From a bacterium (GTDB taxonomy: Bacteria; Electryoneota; Electryoneia; Electryoneales; Electryoneaceae), in assembly GCA_963675295.2 (NCBI GenBank), contig CAXXKJ010000002.1:2944001-3008000 (forward strand): 64,000 bases of DNA, given 5' to 3'. Below are positions 50,001-59,409 of this stretch, piece by piece. Under the pieces are notes generated by a model. The model had not been told where the DNA came from, ran no database searches, and saw nothing but the letters and a program-made list of their open reading frames with translations. Positions within the stretch are counted from its first letter, which is position 1. The number at the start of each line of letters is the position of its first letter. A program made the position numbers and the translations under genes.

Positions 50001-50725
50001 CGTGTGGTGTCATCCGCGGTCGGGTAATAGATCATTTCGATCGGGTTGTTCTCTTCATCACGCACGATCTCACCGGTTTCCGGATCTTTAAGGTATTCCA
50101 TCCGGAATTCGCGGTCGGCGTTATCATCCATCTGCCAGTAGGATTCCTGGTCAGCGTTGGTGACATCCTTGCCGAAGTAGCCGTTCCATTTCCCCGCCCA
50201 GCCCGGATCGTTCGTGTCCATCTCCCAGAGAATGTCGCGAGCGTCGCTAAATTGTTTATCAGGCCAGAAAACGGGCCACGTTTCGGGTTGGTGGCTCATC
50301 GCAACGAGGCCGGCCGCGCCCGGATCGTCGGAGGCTTGATCCGGCGGGGCACCAAATCCCGGCAGCGCTTCAAACCCCCAGTGGACGCCGCTCGGGCTGA
50401 CATCGTCGGTTCCACGTGGCGACCGGCAGGTGATCACGGAGTGAATCACATCGTTGGACGGGTGGACATACTCGACTCCGACGCAGATCGTCACGTCACC
50501 GACATACTCGTTACCCGTGCCCAACGGCCATTCGCCGGAGATCTCACTGATATTCCCAACGAGACCGTAGTTATAGAAAATCGTCCGGACCTTGTTGCCG
50601 CTATGGATGTTCTCATAGCTGTAAAGCCGATTGCCCTTGTACTGCGACGGCACCTGCGCCTGGCTCACCGGCAGCATCGCCAGGACAAACAACAGCAGCA
50701 ATCCGGTCACGAGAATCTTGTTCAT
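47084..50725 (-). CDS. Large secreted protein with Ca-binding D-x-D-x-D-G motifs, Fn3-like domain and distinct CTD (…GKFAVIK)
   Basis: SPI signal (SQA-QV). DGIDNDGD twice. PP..P.VTAV.GD..VTLYWD..FEGYKIYR..YYYAVTSYD. C-terminal VYPNPY...ITFNHLP.KCTIRIYT.RGELV...WDL...GIYVYHV...GKFAVIK. Confidence 0.75.
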   Translation of the reverse strand: MNKILVTGLLLLFVLAMLPVSQAQVPSQYKGNRLYSYENIHSGNKVRTIFYNYGLVGNISEISGEWPLGTGNEYVGDVTICVGVEYVHPSNDVIHSVITCRSPRGTDDVSPSGVHWGFEALPGFGAPPDQASDDPGAAGLVAMSHQPETWPVFWPDKQFSDARDILWEMDTNDPGWAGKWNGYFGKDVTNADQESYWQMDDNADREFRMEYLKDPETGEIVRDEENNPIEMIYYPTADDTTRGGMGIRVAARGFQWSHFLAEDAIVWQYEIANISDYNYDKVVFGMVVGTLAGGREDTDDDLAFFDPDNDITYSYDENNGPSRTYGWVPVNDDHDVGWIGYAFLESPGNEFDGIDNDGDYTGNAPILTEAQLREWTEDGIHRNPNSELVLIDYNTYERTVVTMPESGVLEYDFRGTTRTLYADSLLIEDGYNNFDDNFNGLIDERYVPPSDSVDQRLDHVGYAYIDYFTGAGLNDLMIDEARNDGIDNDGDWDPRTDDVGFDGQAGTRDFGEGNGQPDNGEPHFDKTDIDESDQIGLTSFDYFDIESASALRLRNDNDMWNRMKPGNIDVVPGRAMDGDFMYGSGYFPLPSGNTQRFSTALFFGEDSVDVFLNKRTVQQIYDSNYNFARPPEKPTVTAVAGDGFVTLYWDDKAEFSEDPSQPVEDKFDFEGYKIYRATDPGFLENYVITDGLGRKVFHKPIEQFDLKDGKAGFFSAGDIGVSFYLGEDTGLQHVWTDTTVENGQQYYYAVTSYDFGNDSTGVFPAETSKYIFVDETGEVKTDQNTVVVTPSPTANGYKAPVEGSAEPLAGSADAFIHVEVVDPTLVLDNKDYEFTFSDPDSLRRATRYKITRYGDRGGYKTVIRNGTLADRFNSKRVFDMYDTFLDSTYGNGDGLLNVESFFDVVETPIFEGLRAFMLLPRRPARFISAQSGWDLYNAVDEDSMLTFTMSPISFLVDNFVGDSTASDYRVTFYNEVVDTSLEYHRGFFANWTAMPIYFKVENLTLGNEPLILFADNTAPEGGETNDGKINNKSEISLLDLYDADNDGDIDTVATWAILFQELVNEDRGLGHIYPPRGGDVLNLSQYNPIATDDVFNFDSESAKVDRDEIDLDRIKVYPNPYLAANVQEPSNPYSSGRGERRITFNHLPRKCTIRIYTVRGELVDTIEHNESIFDGSENWDLRNMDGLDVAYGIYVYHVDSPWGEHVGKFAVIK

Positions 50726-50787
50726 CAATGTTATCCTCAGCTGAATCCGAGGGATGCCCATGTCTGGTCCATTCACGGTTACCTCCC

Positions 50788-53628
50788 TCAGAAGGAAAAC
50801 TTGAAGCCAATACGCACTTCACGCGGCCGGCTGTAGTACTGCGGCCGGTTGTACACCTCGTCCAGCGTGTTGATGGACGGTTCTTCCGACGGCAGGTTCT
50901 GGTAATATTCCTGCGTGTAGGTGGCCCGTCCGGTGTCGGTGAACACGTCGTTTTCGTTTAGGCGGTCGAACAGGTTGCGCACCATCAGCTCGACGCTGGC
51001 CGTGATGCCGGTTCCCTCGAACCACGGCAGGTAGTAGAACGCGTTCAGGTCAACGTTGAAGTAGTCCGGCTTGCGGGCGTCGTTCTCGAACGAGATCTCA
51101 ACGTCCGCTTCTGTGGAGAGATTCTTTGAGGTGTACGGCAAGCCCGAACCATAGTAAGCGATCAGCGACGCACCCCAGATCTTCGGCTGGAAGTAGTTGA
51201 CCGTCGCATTGATCGTGTGACGGCGGTCCCAGTCCAGCGGCAGCAGTTGCTTGATCGGTTGCTGCTCGGCCTTCTGCGCGTTGAACGCATCCTGCGGATC
51301 GGACGCGTTACCCTCCGCGATCTGGTACGTGTAGTTCAACTGGCCGGAGAAACCGTTCGCGTAGCGCTTGTCCAGCGACAGAACGATGCCCTTAACCTCA
51401 CCGAAATCCCGGTTGGTGTACTGGATGTACTTGGTGCCGGCGTCGTAGGTGCTGACAATCCGGTCGGAGCTGACCAGGTTACGAATATCGCGCTGGTACA
51501 GGCTCAGGCCCATCGACATGTCGTCGGTGATTCCCTGCTGCAGGCCAAACTCGTAGGAGATCGTCTTCTCGGCTTCGAGATCCGGGTTACCCATCAAGGT
51601 GCCGGTGCTCGAATTCGGATCCAGCTCCCACTCGGGGTTGGTGTAGAGGTATTCATAGCGCGGACGCTGGAAAAAATGTCCGTACGCGAAGTGCAGCACG
51701 CCGGTCGGGCTGATCGGGTATGCGACACCCAGTCGCGGTGACACCTGGTACTTTGCCGATGCGTCTTTCCACCAGTACGTGTGCCGTGTCGTCAACGGGT
51801 CGTTGGCGTGCGATTCAAGCAGCGGCGAATAGATGTTCGGATCGGCCGGGTCCGCGAGGATCTTGGCGTCCGGATCGAAGTAGTCAAGACGGACACCCGC
51901 GTTCACGATGAAGTTCTTGAATTCGATCTTGTCCTGTACGTACACCGCGCCTTCGAACGGATTGTTGAAGTACTCATCGTGATCGAGGGCTGACGGATCG
52001 CGGATGAAGAAGTCTGAGGACGTTTCATCTTTCGGGTCGAGACTGGACAGCGTAAACTGGTCGTAGTAAATCGTGTTGAAGTTCGTGCTGACGCCGGCGA
52101 CAACGTAGTGAACGTTGTTCACCTGCCAGTTCAGCTTTGTAGTGCCGTTATGCGAGTCGGTGAAACGGCGGAAGTGTTCGTTGTTTGTACCGCCCATCTT
52201 CAGGGTCACGCCCGGGCTGAGGTCGGAGAAGAATGAGCTGACGTAACGATCATCGAATGGATCTTCAAAGGTGTAGTGGTAATACTCCTTGAAGGTATTT
52301 GAATACCCGGTCTCGATAAACGCTCGCTGGCTTAGCGCCCACGTGGCACGCAGCATGTTGGTCCGGCCACGGGAGAAGCGGTGTAGTACGCCTTCCGGGA
52401 CGTACCGCCAGTCGTTATCGTAGTCCTTGTAGTTCCGGTCATCCCAGAGGCTTGAATAGTTCAGCTTGATGTTGTCGGTCAGCTGGTAGGACAGCTTTCC
52501 GTATAAATACAAGTTGCGGTCGGGATTCATCTCGACTGGTTCATCATCACCAAAGATCGGGATCACACCGACCGCGTCATACACTTCCTGCGCCCGTGTG
52601 GTATCGTAGTCATCTGGAAAAGCACTCGGGAACTCACGGAAGATCTCGCCGATGTCCAGATCGGGGCGGACAACCGACCCGTTGTCTGTCACCGTATAGT
52701 GTTCCAACCCCCAGCGACGCTGGCCGTAATACCAGCCGGAGTTGTCGTCCATGCGCCCGTTGATGAAGAACGTCAGCTTGTCGTTTGTATAGGGCACCGG
52801 CCCGGAGAGGCTGCCTTCGTAGTCCTGGATGGCCATCGGGCTGATATCATCGATGTTGTAGAACACATCGTCGTTCGTCGAAAGGTAGTCGCCGAAGCGT
52901 GTGATAACCTGACCGCTGTAACTGCTGCCCCCTTCACGGGTGATCAGGTTGACAACGCCGGACATCGCCTGGCCATACTCGGCGTTGAACGTTCCGGAGA
53001 TGACCTGCAGCTCCTGCACTGCACCCTGGTTCAGCGTGGTCGCCTGGGAGTTGTCGTATGCATCCTGCACCGGGATGCCATCGACCAGGTACACGACCTC
53101 GCCCGACCGTCCCCCGCGGAAGTGTCCGTCCACCACCCCGGCCTGCAGGTTGACCGCTTCCTGCACCCGCGTGATCGGCATCGCCTCCAGGTCTTCCGCA
53201 CCGACTGATGCGGTCGAGAACGTCCGGTCCACCTCGATGATCGGCTTCTCCGCCACGATCGTCACTTCCTCGCCCATGATCGCGGACGGGTCCAGCTCGA
53301 CGTTCAACGTGGTGGTCTTGTCGACGTTCACCTCAACACCGGTGATCGTCTTCGTCGCATACCCCAGCGACGAGACGACAATCTCGTACGTATCCGGCAT
53401 CAGGTTGATGATGAAGTACTGGCCGTCCAGGTCGGTTGCCGCACCACGGGGCGTGCCTTGTACCAGCACGTTTGCCGCCGCGATCGGTTCGCCGGTGGAT
53501 CCGTCCCGCACCACACCCATGATCTTGCCGGTTGTCCCGGCGAGGGCGGTTAAAGGCTGCAGAAAGATGGCGAACAGGAGTGAAGCAAAGATCAGATACA
53601 ACGGAACAGAACAGGATCGAAGGTTCAT
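50788..53628 (-). CDS. TonB-dependent receptor (CarboxypepD_reg-like N-domain, plug, barrel)
   Basis: GTTGKI.G.V.D..TGEP...ANV...GAATD.DG.Y.I, plug HFRGGR..EV.YLVDG, SGTFNAEYG.AMSGVVN, SPRLG..YP, C-terminal Phe. Alternative GTG start at 53637. Confidence 0.9.
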   Translation of the reverse strand: MNLRSCSVPLYLIFASLLFAIFLQPLTALAGTTGKIMGVVRDGSTGEPIAAANVLVQGTPRGAATDLDGQYFIINLMPDTYEIVVSSLGYATKTITGVEVNVDKTTTLNVELDPSAIMGEEVTIVAEKPIIEVDRTFSTASVGAEDLEAMPITRVQEAVNLQAGVVDGHFRGGRSGEVVYLVDGIPVQDAYDNSQATTLNQGAVQELQVISGTFNAEYGQAMSGVVNLITREGGSSYSGQVITRFGDYLSTNDDVFYNIDDISPMAIQDYEGSLSGPVPYTNDKLTFFINGRMDDNSGWYYGQRRWGLEHYTVTDNGSVVRPDLDIGEIFREFPSAFPDDYDTTRAQEVYDAVGVIPIFGDDEPVEMNPDRNLYLYGKLSYQLTDNIKLNYSSLWDDRNYKDYDNDWRYVPEGVLHRFSRGRTNMLRATWALSQRAFIETGYSNTFKEYYHYTFEDPFDDRYVSSFFSDLSPGVTLKMGGTNNEHFRRFTDSHNGTTKLNWQVNNVHYVVAGVSTNFNTIYYDQFTLSSLDPKDETSSDFFIRDPSALDHDEYFNNPFEGAVYVQDKIEFKNFIVNAGVRLDYFDPDAKILADPADPNIYSPLLESHANDPLTTRHTYWWKDASAKYQVSPRLGVAYPISPTGVLHFAYGHFFQRPRYEYLYTNPEWELDPNSSTGTLMGNPDLEAEKTISYEFGLQQGITDDMSMGLSLYQRDIRNLVSSDRIVSTYDAGTKYIQYTNRDFGEVKGIVLSLDKRYANGFSGQLNYTYQIAEGNASDPQDAFNAQKAEQQPIKQLLPLDWDRRHTINATVNYFQPKIWGASLIAYYGSGLPYTSKNLSTEADVEISFENDARKPDYFNVDLNAFYYLPWFEGTGITASVELMVRNLFDRLNENDVFTDTGRATYTQEYYQNLPSEEPSINTLDEVYNRPQYYSRPREVRIGFKFSF

Positions 53629-53992
53629 GAGCGTCACCTTGGATAGTCCGTCTACAACCGCATCTTAACCCTGCAAATCGTACGGATGCCCTCAACACGT
53701 AAACGTGCCGCCGGGATACGGCCTTCTCCCGCGCGATTGTACAGGGTGCTGGTTGACGTAATCGGTTTGGGCACGGTGGGCAGGTCGTGGTCGTCGCTGA
53801 TCGTGCTTGTACGTGCCCGGGATACCGCCGGTCCCGCGGTCGGCGGTGCGGTGTTTGTTGCGGGTGAATGGCGACGTGCTGACTCTGAAACTCGCTTTCC
53901 GTTACCCGGCCGTCTCCAACGTTCCTGTATCACACGCCCAGTGATCACCCAAACGGCCAAGTGATATAAAAGTATTGTGTTCTTTTGGTCCT

Positions 53993-54006
53993 ATGCAACG
54001 CTTGGC
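53993..54006 (-). promoter_or_regulatory. LacI-family-like operator (GCCAAGCGTTGCAT) overlapping a possible TTGCAT -35
   Basis: Lies in the AT-rich region upstream of the TBDR and matches the other locus boxes. Confidence 0.5.
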
Positions 54007-54222
54007 TCGCATTTTCACATAGTAACTGGTCTCTTCTGTGAGGAAATGCGAGTAAACAATGAAGTTTGCTCTGCAAGATACGAAAAACACGAAACAGATT
54101 CTCGGAGCTGAACACGCATGTTTCGTAAAGAATGAACTTGCAGGAGTCGAGCTGTGTCCGGTAGCTGATGTTTTTGTCATACTGAGCCCGCCGCATCCTG
54201 CTGTTTTCAGGTGTCCTGAGAG

Positions 54223-54255
54223 AAAAAGCGCTCCCCCATTTGCTGGAGGAGCGCT
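54223..54255 (-). terminator. Intrinsic terminator after beta-helix lipoprotein gene
   Basis: AGCGCTCC...GGAGCGCT stem with A5 (U-tail on minus strand). Confidence 0.72.
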
Positions 54256-54287
54256 GTGTATTGCTCAGGTTGCGTACTGCGCAGCAA

Positions 54288-56027
<1,740 letters not shown>

Positions 56028-56141
56028 CGTCTCTCTCCTCTTCAGTCTCTTTAGATCCGTGCGTACGGATCCCATATCCGTTCAAAACGAACTGTGGGGG
56101 TACAGTGTTAGGGTCTTGTGAACTCTACGTTCAGCTCTCGC

Positions 56142-58949
56142 TTAGCGTGTGTATGTAACGCCTACCGACCAGGTACGTCCGCGCTTGTACGTTTCCGTAA
56201 TTTCACCACCTTGGGTGAATTCGTAATCACTGTCCAGCAAGTTCTTTGCAGCGAACTTCACCGCGAACTGCCGGCCAAGCGGTTGACGTGCGGTCAGGTC
56301 GACATCATGACGGGAGGACTCTTTGACATCAGGCAGCCCGTTCGCGCCGGCGTTCGCAATGCGTTCGCCGAACGTGTTGTAGAACAGGTTGACCTGTGAG
56401 CCGTAGTCGGGATGAATGTAGCTCAGGCCGAAGTTGGCCAGGTAGGGCGACTGCCCTACCAACGGACGATTGGCTGAGGTCTGGATCTGACCGGCACCGG
56501 AACCGACTTCGACTTCGGATTCGATCAGGGACAGGTTCGAGGTCACGGTCAGCGTCTGCAGCTGATCATGCAGGATGCCAAGATTCTGCCGGATCTCGAA
56601 TTCGACGCCGTAGTTGGTTGCGCCGACGGCGTTGATGTACGATTTCCGCGGCTGTGCGGTGTTCTCGATGATCATCTCGATCGGGCTGTCGAAGTCCTTG
56701 ACGAAGGCGCTGACCGCGATCAGGTCGGCGACACCGTGGACCATCTCCCAGCGCAAGTCGTAGTTGCGGATCAGGGCCCGGTCGAGGTCCGGATTACCGA
56801 CGACCGAATAGTCGCCGATGAAGTCGGTGAATTCGAACTCGGACAATTCACGGAAATCTGGACGGGAAACCGTCTGGCTCGCCGCGAACCTCAAGTTCAT
56901 CCGCTGGCGCAGCGTGTAGCGCATGCTGATCGCCGGCAGAACATCACCGGTCGTCAGGTCGGACTTCGTCGGTGGGTTGTTCGAAATGTATGGGGTGAAC
57001 GATTCCACCTTCTGTTCCGAATGCTCGTAACGCGCGCCACCCGTGACGAACAAACGGCTGGTGACCGGCATCTCCGCCATCATGTAACCGGCGTACAACT
57101 GCTGCTTGGCGGTGTAGCTGTCGGTCGGTCGGGTGTATTCAGCGAGACGCCAGCCACCGGCGTTGATGTTATCCTCGGCGAATAACACTTCCGGTTCCTG
57201 CGAGAGGAAATCGGAATTGTTGAAGTTGGCGTTCTCCGACGCGGCCTGCGTCATCTCGAACTCGTAACGGTGATAGTCCGAAATGCGATCTTTGTACATC
57301 GCAGACCCACCGGTCTTCAGCTCGAGGGAGCTGGTCCGTCCCATCGGCTTGAAGGTCCAATCGAGTCCGCCGCTGTAAGTGTCGTCGCGCAGATCGTTGA
57401 AGATGCGGCTGCCGGAATACGTTTCATCGGCGAACTGGAAGATGCCGCCGCCGGTGTCTTCGTACTGGGTTTCGCGCGTGTCCGGTTCATATCGCGTGCC
57501 ACGGCTGTACGTCGCCTGCCAGTTGAAGGTGGACGACATCAGATCTGGCGCGGCAATGTTGCCGAAGAGTTGGTTGGTCAAGGTCTGTTCGGCGACGAAG
57601 CGCAGTCGGGTGGAACGGATATCCGTACCACGGTCATCGTTGTAGCCGCCGAAGGTGCGGACTTCGTCGCTCACATCGCGGCTGTACAGCATGTTGAAGT
57701 TGATGCTGTTAAGGTCGCTTAAGTACCAGCGCATCGCGGCCATCGATCCGAGGCCGACCGACTGGGTGTAGCTTTTATAAGCGTAATCGTGCCACAGCTT
57801 GACGGTGCCCGGGGTGTTGCCGCCGGTGTAGATGTTCTTGTCGCCGTCGATGAAGCTGCTGCCCTTGGAATACAAGCCTGAGACCATGAAGCCGAACGGT
57901 TTGCCGGCAAGCTGGGTCTGGTTGCCGATGGACACTGAGTAATTCATGTTCGGCATCGCTTGCATGTCAGTCGGCGACCAGTTGTTGTCGAACGACTTGC
58001 CGAATTCAGCGATTTCGTTCGGGTCGTAGCCACCCTCACTGAACTGGCCCGACTCGTTGATTTTCTCGGTGGCGTTGGCGACGATGTCCGGCAACGCACG
58101 CGTGCCGTCATCAAAACCGACCCAGTCGAGGTTGCCACCCTGGTAGGACTTGAAATCGTTGAAGGTGGTCGCGGTATTGTAGCTGAACGAACTGGATCCC
58201 GTCACCTGCAGTGTCTTCGGCAGCGACAGCGTGCTCATGTTGACCACACCGCCCGCGAACTCACCGTTCTGGTCCGGCAGGAACGACTTGCTGATCGTCA
58301 CCTGGTCCATCAGGTTGGACGGGAACAGCTCGAGCGACACCGCGCTACGGTTCGGCTCGGTGCCGGAAATCGCGGCGTTGTTCAGGGTAACCTTTGAATA
58401 ACGCACACCCAGCCCGCGCACGATCGGGTCGCCCTTGTCGACGGACACGCCGGTTGCACGGCGGACGACATTCGCAACGTCCGGGTCCGGCAGCTTCTTC
58501 AGCACCTCTTTCGAGACGGCGTCGGTGATCGCGGCTTCTTCCAACCGCTCTTCCAACTCCCGTTCCTGGCTGCCCTGTTCGGAACCGGCAGTGAAGGTTA
58601 CCGTTTCCAGCGTCACGCTCGACGCGGTCAGTGCCACATCGAGGTTGTATGCGTGTTCATCACTGACATCAATCTGCGGTACGACCTTCGTGTCGTAGCC
58701 GAGCATCGTGATCCTGGCGGAATACTGACCGGGGGCAACGTTGAAGATGACGAACATGCCGTCAAGATCGGTCGCCGCGCCGCGCGCCGTGCCTTCCAGC
58801 ACAATGTTCGCGCCGGTCAAGGGTTGACCCGTTTCCACATCGGTGATGACACCGCGGACCGTGCCCGCGATCGCTGCGCTACCAGCAAAAGCTACCAGCA
58901 ACGCGACCATCAGCAAACCAGCGAAACGCTTCAACTCGGTATATCGCAT
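56142..58949 (-). CDS. TonB-dependent receptor
   Basis: CarboxypepD_reg-like N-domain, plug LPDPDVA.VVRR.TGVS...VRGLG.RY, K.F.PD..G.FAGG, SQTVSRPDFREL, GNPDL..A.I.NYDLRWE. Confidence 0.9.
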   Translation of the reverse strand: MRYTELKRFAGLLMVALLVAFAGSAAIAGTVRGVITDVETGQPLTGANIVLEGTARGAATDLDGMFVIFNVAPGQYSARITMLGYDTKVVPQIDVSDEHAYNLDVALTASSVTLETVTFTAGSEQGSQERELEERLEEAAITDAVSKEVLKKLPDPDVANVVRRATGVSVDKGDPIVRGLGVRYSKVTLNNAAISGTEPNRSAVSLELFPSNLMDQVTISKSFLPDQNGEFAGGVVNMSTLSLPKTLQVTGSSSFSYNTATTFNDFKSYQGGNLDWVGFDDGTRALPDIVANATEKINESGQFSEGGYDPNEIAEFGKSFDNNWSPTDMQAMPNMNYSVSIGNQTQLAGKPFGFMVSGLYSKGSSFIDGDKNIYTGGNTPGTVKLWHDYAYKSYTQSVGLGSMAAMRWYLSDLNSINFNMLYSRDVSDEVRTFGGYNDDRGTDIRSTRLRFVAEQTLTNQLFGNIAAPDLMSSTFNWQATYSRGTRYEPDTRETQYEDTGGGIFQFADETYSGSRIFNDLRDDTYSGGLDWTFKPMGRTSSLELKTGGSAMYKDRISDYHRYEFEMTQAASENANFNNSDFLSQEPEVLFAEDNINAGGWRLAEYTRPTDSYTAKQQLYAGYMMAEMPVTSRLFVTGGARYEHSEQKVESFTPYISNNPPTKSDLTTGDVLPAISMRYTLRQRMNLRFAASQTVSRPDFRELSEFEFTDFIGDYSVVGNPDLDRALIRNYDLRWEMVHGVADLIAVSAFVKDFDSPIEMIIENTAQPRKSYINAVGATNYGVEFEIRQNLGILHDQLQTLTVTSNLSLIESEVEVGSGAGQIQTSANRPLVGQSPYLANFGLSYIHPDYGSQVNLFYNTFGERIANAGANGLPDVKESSRHDVDLTARQPLGRQFAVKFAAKNLLDSDYEFTQGGEITETYKRGRTWSVGVTYTR

Positions 58950-59193
58950 ATCTGTTTCCCAACCTTCATGTCGGTTCAAAATACTTTTTAACGATCAGGT
59001 AAACACAACTCTAATCGTTTAGTAATCTTTTCGTATCCAAAATCAAATGATTTTGGATCAGGGGTTAGTATGTTCTGTCTTCAGCCTTCTTATCGTTCAG
59101 AACCGTTTGTAGTCACGTAGGCTGAAAACCATGCTGTCGCTTGAAAAATCCATCGTTTGAGGGGGGTAGTTAGCGGGCGATTGATACGATTCG

Positions 59194-59220
59194 GTTGGGA
59201 AGTTGTTAGAGTTTTATTAG
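59194..59220 (-). promoter_or_regulatory. Pho-box-like direct repeats with 11-bp period
   Basis: Minus strand CTAAT-N6-CTAAC-N6-CCAAC, upstream of the TBDR and next to phoR-phoB. Confidence 0.5.
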
Positions 59221-59409
59221 CACCTCCTAACGTCCTATCATATTATTTTATTTAAATTTACAAGCGAGACCTCCAGAGACACCGGCCTTTTCAGCTGTCA
59301 TTTGTGATGGCTGAAATCACAATCGACATGAAAAGAAATGATCGCGGGGTGGGGTTGAAATGTTAGCGCGGGCCATACTAGCGTCTACAGCCCGTGGAGT
59401 GGATGCGGC

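Noticed and set aside
53652-53960. 102-aa ORF upstream of the TBDR as a real gene
   Set aside because: TTG start, no RBS, low-complexity R/P/T composition. Kept only as a possible leader region.
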